Program-made: the position numbers and the translations under genes
In this document: positions 37,331-43,190 of the stretch, one piece after another
How the letters are laid out: the number at the start of each line of letters is the position of its first letter
Numbering within the stretch: position 1 is the first letter of the stretch
Source: a virus
Direction: 5' to 3' (one strand)
UHGV virus genome: UHGV-0294267
Length of the DNA: 43,190 nucleotides
The notes under the pieces: generated by a model
What the model was told of the DNA's origin: nothing
The model's input: the letters and a program-made list of their open reading frames with translations, nothing else
Databases searched by the model: none

Positions 37331-37386
37331 GCCCAGCTTCAAAACGATTCTGACAATGCCACACATGTCGAACTGTTTTGGAGTAG

Positions 37387-40059
37387 ATGATGGTCGAGAA
37401 CGACACTTCATCGGTTGAGTATCAGCTATCAACCAGCACTGGCCCCTTTGATATCCCTTTCTACTTCATTGAAAACGGGCATATTGTCGCGGAACTGTAT
37501 ACGCAGAACGGTGACGATTTTAACAAAACCACGCTGACAGTTGACGTTGATTACTATCTAAATGGTGCTGGCGATAAGGATGGCGGTCAGCTAACTCTGC
37601 TATCAGCGCATAGTGGCGCGACGCTACTGATTTATCGTGATCCTGATGCGACGCAGTTAACCAGTTATCAGGCGACCGGTAAGTTTCCAGCGACAAGCCA
37701 CGAACGTGCGCTTGATAAGCTGACGATGCTTATCCAAAAATTTGGTTGGTGGTGGGATTCTTTGGCTCTGAAAAAGCCAAATATTTTCGCTAACTATTAT
37801 GACGCGCTCAACAACCGTATTCGTAATCTGCGTGATCCCTCACAGGCACAAGATGCGGCCACGAAGAACTATGTTGATTCAGCAGATAATGGTTTGCAGC
37901 AGCAGATAGCCAGCAACTTTAAACGCTCTCTGCGTGTTCCTGATTCCTCTATTAACCAGCTACCGTCGGCAGAAGAACGAGCCTGGAAGGGGTTGGGCTT
38001 TGATGGTGCCGGGCAGCCGAAACTGCAGGATCCTGCGGGAACTGGCTTATGGGGGTATGTTCCGGCAATTGGCTCGTTTGAAAAAGGTTCGCTACTCACT
38101 CAACGCTTTGAGGTTCTTCTGTGGGAATCCACGGATGAATACTGGCGCTGGGATGGGGCAATGCCGAAGATCGTTTTACCAGGTAGCACACCGGATACGG
38201 CTGGCGGACGGGGTAAAGGAAAGTGGCTGGATGTCACCGATGCGACTCTTCGTTCAAACCTGGGTTCAGGCGACGGAGCCAAACTCGTTGGTGGAATAGG
38301 ATTTGTCTCTCCGGAAATGTTCGGCTATTTACAGGGTGTCTCACCTGATGCGGTTCCGTACTATCAGGCTGCGGTCGATGAAGGCCACGCCAGAGGATTG
38401 CCCGTGAAACTCACGGGGAAATATTACGCCACAACCTTTCCCCACAAAGTCACGCTGCCCGGTGATGACGGAACCGCTTACCCAGGATGGGTGACTGCGG
38501 GGAATGATGCAAATATTGCCGCGGAATCTGAAAATCATATTTATGCGGCGATTCGACTTTATCCCGACTCCGTTATTATCGGCGACAGTATGCAGAATTG
38601 CGCGTTAATCGGAGACTGGGATTCGGATACGCCTGTGATTAACAATAACCAGCACATTGGTTATTTTATTTCCGGTGGCTCATCAGACGGATATATCCGC
38701 CCGCAGCTGGTTAATCACGGTGTGCGCAACTTCTTTATCGGTCGCTACGGGAATGGCGTTCTTGACCGGTCCACTGAAGATAATTTCCTCATCCGTGATT
38801 GCTGTCTGACGGGCTGGTTTATGGGGGCCGACTCCGTTTGCAATGGTTTCGTTGTCGCCCGTGATTGCTTTACCGGAGACGCCTATGGCGGGGCGTGGAC
38901 GCAACGAAATGCCGCGGTCACGATTCCGTATCTCCCACCCTATCCGGCGGCAGAGATTTTCAAAGTGGGCTGGGTTGATGCTATCCGGTATACGAAATAT
39001 CACTTTTACGGCAAGCCACGGCTGTTTGGTCCTGCAGATGAGGCGATTGATACCTGGTTCGATACGTATATCTATAAATCCGCCAACTCTGCGCGAACCT
39101 CCGCAGGCGGCAGGCTGACAAACAATACTGCCAGCGGCTATTCAGCGCGTTCGTTTCCCGGCATTGCGGGCCGGGCATTCACCGTTCTCAGTCGTTACGG
39201 CCGTGCGGTGAACGGGGTCTGCCTTGACGATGTGAAAGTGCTGGGGACCCACCGCGTCCCGTTCTACACCGACGCAGGCAGTTACAACGTGATTCACACG
39301 TCCTACGTTGAAAAGACCTGTCTCGTAGATACCACAACGACAACTATTGCCGGTAATCAGTTCTATACCGACTATCAGGACCCGTGGAATGCGACACTGA
39401 CAAAAGCGCCCGCGATGGTTTGTGAGGGTGGTATCACTGTCGACAGAGCTGTCGTTTCGGCTGGCGTGGCTACACATCCGTTCAGCCAGAAACCAACAAC
39501 CATCAACGGCCCGCTCATTATCAATCCGTTCCGTGATAATACAGAGGACTACACGGCCTCGCAGATTGCAGAGTGGAACAGCGCCGAAGGGAAAACGGTA
39601 TACCTCTATGACTGGCGCCGTCAGTACAGCGTCCAGCGCCCGATACGGTTTTTTGATAACACACAGGAAGCATTCCAGTATTACAAGGGTGTCTGGACGC
39701 CGGTTGTCAAATGCGGCTCGGAAGTCGTGACGCTGAATACCACCGTGGGAACCTACCGCCGCTCAGGGCGGTTAGTGCATGCGACTTTCAGAATCGAAAC
39801 CACGTCAATGGCACTGACGACAGGTGGCGCGGTAGTGATATCAGGGCTTCCGTTCACGGTTGCCGCACTGAGCGATGGGGGATTAACGGTGTCCCCGATA
39901 ATCTGCAGTCGTGCCGGTTCGGGGATCATCCTCGCGCAAACGAACCCGACCACAAAAGATATTTTGTTGCTGACAAATAGCTCGCCTGCCGCTCTCTCAA
40001 TAACGGGTGGAACCGGTTTAACTATTTACGGCTCAGTTCAGTACGTTCTGACAGAATAA
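37387..40059 (+). CDS. tailspike/tail fiber protein (890 aa), with a constant N-terminal ~290 aa and a variable beta-helix C-terminal part encoded inside the invertible segment
   Basis: The large protein has Gly/Asn/Thr-rich beta-helix-like repeats in its C-terminal 600 aa. A Hin/Gin-type crossover site lies at codon ~291 (..RSNLGSGDG..). Confidence 0.7.
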   Translation: MMVENDTSSVEYQLSTSTGPFDIPFYFIENGHIVAELYTQNGDDFNKTTLTVDVDYYLNGAGDKDGGQLTLLSAHSGATLLIYRDPDATQLTSYQATGKFPATSHERALDKLTMLIQKFGWWWDSLALKKPNIFANYYDALNNRIRNLRDPSQAQDAATKNYVDSADNGLQQQIASNFKRSLRVPDSSINQLPSAEERAWKGLGFDGAGQPKLQDPAGTGLWGYVPAIGSFEKGSLLTQRFEVLLWESTDEYWRWDGAMPKIVLPGSTPDTAGGRGKGKWLDVTDATLRSNLGSGDGAKLVGGIGFVSPEMFGYLQGVSPDAVPYYQAAVDEGHARGLPVKLTGKYYATTFPHKVTLPGDDGTAYPGWVTAGNDANIAAESENHIYAAIRLYPDSVIIGDSMQNCALIGDWDSDTPVINNNQHIGYFISGGSSDGYIRPQLVNHGVRNFFIGRYGNGVLDRSTEDNFLIRDCCLTGWFMGADSVCNGFVVARDCFTGDAYGGAWTQRNAAVTIPYLPPYPAAEIFKVGWVDAIRYTKYHFYGKPRLFGPADEAIDTWFDTYIYKSANSARTSAGGRLTNNTASGYSARSFPGIAGRAFTVLSRYGRAVNGVCLDDVKVLGTHRVPFYTDAGSYNVIHTSYVEKTCLVDTTTTTIAGNQFYTDYQDPWNATLTKAPAMVCEGGITVDRAVVSAGVATHPFSQKPTTINGPLIINPFRDNTEDYTASQIAEWNSAEGKTVYLYDWRRQYSVQRPIRFFDNTQEAFQYYKGVWTPVVKCGSEVVTLNTTVGTYRRSGRLVHATFRIETTSMALTTGGAVVISGLPFTVAALSDGGLTVSPIICSRAGSGIILAQTNPTTKDILLLTNSSPAALSITGGTGLTIYGSVQYVLTE
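38249..38274. other. left crossover site of the invertible segment (gix/hix-like 26 bp: TTCGTTCAAACC-TG-GGTTCAGGCGAC)
   Basis: It contains the AAACC-NN-GGTT core of Hin/Gin/Cin sites. A 13-bp block, AAACCTGGGTTCA, is repeated in inverted orientation at 42403-42428. Including flanks, 22 of 29 positions match. Confidence 0.6.
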
Positions 40060-40068
40060 GGATTTGCC

Positions 40069-40326
40069 ATGTTTACGATAGAGAAAGAAGTTGCGGTCAA
40101 TCAGGTAACTGCCGATGGCATTTCAGTCGGAACCACAGCATTAAAAGTCACCCTGACATATACCATCGAGAGGATTGAGCTTGAAGGTGAGAACGGTATC
40201 GCTTTTTACACTGTTACGTCTGGCGCTGATACTGAGGGTGCGAGGAACTACATCCCATTCACCTATTCAGGAAGTGGCGATCCGCTGTCTGAGGCCGAGG
40301 AAGCGCTAAAGTTAAGAGTTAAATGA
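40069..40326 (+). CDS. small protein (85 aa) following the expressed tailspike variant, a possible assembly/accessory protein
   Basis: ORF 10 nt after the tailspike stop. No recognised domain. Confidence 0.4.
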   Translation: MFTIEKEVAVNQVTADGISVGTTALKVTLTYTIERIELEGENGIAFYTVTSGADTEGARNYIPFTYSGSGDPLSEAEEALKLRVK

Positions 40327-40331
40327 CATAC

Positions 40332-40366
40332 CCCGCCGGTAATGGCGGGATTGATTTATATTTTTG
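40332..40366 (+). terminator. candidate terminator between the convergent halves of the invertible segment
   Basis: Hairpin CCCGCC-GGTAAT-GGCGGG followed by a T-rich stretch (ATTGATTTATATTTTT). Confidence 0.3.
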
Positions 40367-40458
40367 CAGCCCCGGAAAACTCATCCAGACCCATGATTTG
40401 CGCTTGCGCCTGGCTGAAGATATCCCCACTCAGCCAGGTTATCGGGAATGAGCGCGCA

Positions 40459-40746
40459 TTATTTGACCCATTTTATACCATTGAAGATCATACCTTCTGG
40501 TTCATCGCCAGGGGGCACAGTAGTCGTATTCGCAAATACGAGATATTTAGGCTCAACCGAGTACCGGTAGCCAATCCACACCGCCCTCTCATCATCCCCG
40601 ACAGCTGGCGGAGACGGTGGATTGCCATCTGCATCGTAATAACCTTTGTCGATGGGTTCATCGGGGAAATTAAACACAGGATTGATTACAGGCTCTATTT
40701 CACCGAGATATAGCCCGTTTTCGTCGTATCGATAAAGCGTGGTCAT
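40459..40746 (-). CDS. small protein (95 aa) following the alternative cassette, a tail fiber assembly/chaperone-like candidate
   Basis: Its ATG lies 1 nt after the alternative cassette's stop on the minus strand. It occupies the position that tfa/U' genes hold in invertible fiber segments. Similarity to Tfa proteins is weak. Confidence 0.35.
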   Translation of the reverse strand: MTTLYRYDENGLYLGEIEPVINPVFNFPDEPIDKGYYDADGNPPSPPAVGDDERAVWIGYRYSVEPKYLVFANTTTVPPGDEPEGMIFNGIKWVK

Positions 40747-42424
40747 TTAAATCGCCTTTTTGAATTCACATAAAATGAAGTTTGCCAGTGCCACACCCGA
40801 TGAGTTACGAACCTCAAACATGTAGTAGCTGCCGTCTTTCGCAATCGGGCGGACGATCAGATCCTGATTCATTGCCTGTGCAACAATTTCCGGCCTGTAA
40901 AATGTGGATTCAAAGGGCGTGGTAAAATTAATCCTGTATCTGCCATCAGAAACAAGCTCTACTGAGCAGTTAACAACACCCTGCAATGAAATAGACCCGC
41001 TTACAGTTTGACCGAAAGAACATGCAGCATATGCATCCCTTAAAGCATTTAGATTTCTTGGCCTGTTTCTTGGTATGTATCCATTGCAAACTGTAGCAGG
41101 GTCAACACGACCAGTAGGGGTCTCATCATTGAAAAGGCCATAGTAAGATGTTGTACTGCCGCCGACATAAACGCCAGTTGCATTGTAATTTGAACATCCG
41201 TTTATGCGCCCGTTTCCTCCGTTGGCTGCTGCAAAAAGGCCGGCTCCGTTATTATAGCAGTTGCCATTGAGTGTAAAGTTGGCGCAGTTCAGAACCTGAA
41301 CTCCCCACCCCTGAGAGCTTAAAGAGCGGGGCGATGCATCAAAGTAGCTGCAATTCGTTATGTTCCAGCCGTCAAAAGCTGCGGCCTGACTGACGCCCAT
41401 ACCAGATGCTCTCATGTTCTGGGCACCGTTAATATAGACCCCGTGAGACTGAGTTGAAACGACATCTACATCAGACACGCTTACTCGCGTCAGTTTTTTA
41501 CCTGATATGAAAACACCATGTGAATAGCCCGTTCCTTTGACATTTTGAATCGTTACTCCTGTGACGTTTGTGGCGTCATTAATCCCCTGTACGCGCACGA
41601 CGTCACGGACGACATTCCCGGATTTAATCGTGACACCATCAACCAGAATATCTACGGTTGAAAAGGTTGTGGCTCCCTCCTCATTGAAGATAACGCCAGA
41701 TGCGAGCATGGAATAGCCAATGACGTTTCGTATCACGGCATTCCTCTGATCTCGCGTCTCAGTCGTGCACCCAACCATATCGTCACCAGACTCAATGTCA
41801 GCGCCATTTAGTGTAAAATTCACGCAATCAAGGAAATGAATACCGTCCCGGCCACCGTATAGCGTGCCACCGCTTTTTCTGTGCCGATAATTAACCACGC
41901 TCACGTCTGTACATTTTTCGAATGAAGTAGCCCAGTCGCCGGTACGACTTACCTCACAGTTAATCATCCTTATATCAGTGCAATTAATAAACCGTACTCC
42001 ACGGATAGCCCGCTTTGACGTCACACCGGCGTTACAGCCACCTTCTATTACCAAATCCCGCAGAACAATATCAGACGCACCTGTAGTTCTGAGCACGGTA
42101 AGCATTTCCGCCCCACTTGCCGAAACCGCATCCGGAGATGACAAAATACAGTTCGGCCCAAGGCCGATAAGCCTGGTGCCAGAGATAAGGGAAACGGTCG
42201 ATTTTAAATAATGCTTTCCTGGTGGGATCAGAACATGCGGAGAAACAGACAGCGCTTTGTTCAGTGCCGGAGCATAATCAGTGCCATCGGTCGGGGACCA
42301 GTAATCATGCAGGCTAACAAAATCACGTAACCTGGCCGCGACTGTTCTGGCTACAGCAGAATCACCGGCAAGATAGGCAATCAGCCACGCTCCCTGGCCC
42401 TCTTCGCTTGAACCCAGGTTTACG
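40747..42424 (-). CDS. promoterless alternative tailspike C-terminal cassette (~559 aa) on the minus strand; expressed only after inversion
   Basis: An open frame with no stop runs on the minus strand from 42441 down to the stop at 40747, with no ATG near its 5' end. The track's M at 42144 is a TTG inside the frame. The sequence is typical of pectate-lyase-type beta-helix depolymerases (VLRDLVIEGG, NCTDIRMINCEVSRTGDW, repeated N/G/T-rich rungs). Its 5' end (..VRVNLGSSEEG..) coincides with the right gix-like site. Confidence 0.6.
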
Positions 42425-42428
42425 CGAA
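42403..42428. other. right crossover site of the invertible segment (inverted copy: TTCGCGTAAACC-TG-GGTTCAAGCGAA on the minus strand)
   Basis: It is the reverse complement of plus-strand 42403-42428. It shares the 13-bp core AAACCTGGGTTCA with the site at 38249-38274 and lies about 45 bp upstream of the invertase gene. Confidence 0.6.
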
Positions 42429-42471
42429 CAATCCCGGCAATTTACAATCAGCTATTTCAAAGGGTTGCATA

Positions 42472-43020
42472 ATGCTGATTGGCTACGCGCGGGTGTCTAC
42501 CGGCGATCAAAACCTCGATTTACAGAAAAACGCGCTGGTTCGCGCAGAATGTGAACTAATTTTCGAAGACACCGCCAGCGGTAAGAATGCTAAAAGGCCT
42601 GGATTACGGAAAGCGATCCGCCGTCTTCGGCCTGGTGATTCGCTGGTGGTCTGGAAACTGGATCGCCTCGGTCGCAGTGTCCGTGACCTCATAACGTTGG
42701 TATCTGAATTACAGGAGAGGGGAATTCATTTTCGCAGCTTGACCGACTCGATCGATACTTCGACACCTGCCGGCCGATTCTTCTTTCATGTCATGAGCGC
42801 GTTAGCTGAAATGGAGCGCGAATTGATAGTGGAGCGTACCCGCGCCGGTTTAGCAGCGGCGAGAGAGCAGGGCCGCATCGGTGGCCGCCGCCGGATAATG
42901 ACCACCGAAGTTGTGGAGCGTTGCCGGCGCATGCTGGAGAACGGCGCAACCCGGCAGCAGGTAGCAGATGTGATCGGGGTAGGGGTGAAAACGATTTATA
43001 AATATTTCCCTATAGGTTAA
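42472..43020 (+). CDS. serine recombinase, DNA invertase of the Hin/Gin/Cin/Pin family
   Basis: 182 aa. The N-terminus MLIGYARVSTGDQNLDLQKNAL...VVWKLDRLGRS...FRSLTDSIDTSTPAGRFFFHVMSALAEMERELIVERT is near-identical in pattern to Gin and Hin. A C-terminal HTH is present. Confidence 0.9.
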   Translation: MLIGYARVSTGDQNLDLQKNALVRAECELIFEDTASGKNAKRPGLRKAIRRLRPGDSLVVWKLDRLGRSVRDLITLVSELQERGIHFRSLTDSIDTSTPAGRFFFHVMSALAEMERELIVERTRAGLAAAREQGRIGGRRRIMTTEVVERCRRMLENGATRQQVADVIGVGVKTIYKYFPIG

Positions 43021-43190
43021 TGGTTATGGTACTTGGCAACTGAATAAATATTGATTCTCAGGTAAGATTAGCGTCAGAAGATAGCCTAAAACATCGCTGT
43101 AACTTATTGTTTTTATGGTGTGCGTTTAATGGTGTATGTTCGGATAATTTTCATATCTAACTGATATTTAAAATAATCACCACCAATTTA

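Larger units (their letters stand above)
38262..42415. other. invertible DNA segment (~4.15 kb), analogous to the G/C/P segments of Mu, P1 and e14
   Basis: It is bounded by inverted 26-bp gix-like sites. It contains the expressed tailspike 3' part plus a small ORF on the plus strand, and an alternative C-terminal cassette plus a small ORF on the minus strand. A Gin-family invertase gene lies immediately outside. Confidence 0.6.
52..43190. mobile_element. Integrated temperate prophage with a lambdoid early region and a podovirus-type virion module. The left end is at the tRNA-Leu attachment site. The right end is beyond the window.
   Basis: Contiguous int, xis, recombination genes, repressor/cro, replication, methyltransferase, terminase, portal, capsid, ejection-protein, lysis, tailspike and invertase genes. 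No second copy of the tRNA 3' core was found at the right end. Confidence 0.85.

Noticed and set aside
40342-40713. Plus-strand ORF overlapping the minus-strand 95-aa gene
   Set aside because: It has no ribosome-binding site and its translation has odd composition. The minus-strand ORF is positioned as the partner of the alternative tailspike cassette.
42142-42144. Track start (M) of the minus-strand beta-helix ORF at 42144
   Set aside because: The codon is a TTG inside a longer open frame that continues to 42441 with no ATG. This fits a promoterless cassette fused by inversion rather than an independently initiated gene.
43021-43190. AT-rich right end of the window as a candidate attR
   Set aside because: No copy of the tRNA-Leu 3' core (..GGTTCAAGTCCCGCTCCGGGTACCA) is present. 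The prophage boundary is probably beyond the window.

Overview
The window is almost entirely one temperate prophage of an enterobacterial host. It is integrated at the 3' end of a tRNA-Leu gene. Bases 1-51 match the tail of a leuZ-type tRNA and are followed by the tRNA terminator. The prophage is mosaic. (1) A lambdoid early region is transcribed leftward on the minus strand: int, an overlapping xis, a Gp157-like gene, a 719-aa protein carrying a Rad52-family annealing domain, and a 107-aa protein with an SSB-like acidic tail. (2) An immunity switch has a short HTH repressor with no S24 autopeptidase domain, a divergent cro-like gene and a CII-like regulator. (3) A replication module has a lambda-O-like initiator carrying four internal iterons (candidate ori) and a DnaB-family helicase. 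(4) A nin-like region holds an MT-A70 adenine methyltransferase, a 730-aa C5-cytosine methyltransferase with internal repeat modules, a LexA-box-controlled small AT-rich gene, an HNH-AP2 endonuclease, a Ref-like HNH protein and a Gp49-like protein. (5) The packaging and virion genes comprise a P22 gp3-like small terminase, a large terminase, a portal, a scaffold, an HK97-fold capsid protein and podovirus-type internal/ejection proteins including one of 904 aa with a lytic transglycosylase domain. (6) An AT-rich membrane moron precedes the lysis cassette. The cassette contains a holin, a GH108 endolysin, a membrane protein and overlapping i-/o-spanins, and is bracketed by near-identical terminator repeats. 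(7) The tailspike gene has its 3' two-thirds inside a roughly 4.15-kb invertible segment. That segment carries a promoterless alternative beta-helix C-terminal cassette on the opposite strand. It is bounded by Hin/Gin-type 26-bp crossover sites with an AAACC-TG-GGTTC core and lies next to a Gin/Hin/Pin-family serine invertase gene. The most notable observations are the invertible depolymerase-type tailspike switch and a 14-15-nt translation-initiation motif, GAGGAAAGACC(A)ATG, shared by five early genes. Its core GGAAAGACC is repeated six more times, two of them in each of two tandem 48-bp units, in the leader region of the leftward early operon. A third is the combination of an SOS-box-controlled candidate antirepressor with a non-cleavable repressor. 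The right prophage end (attR) is not in the window.
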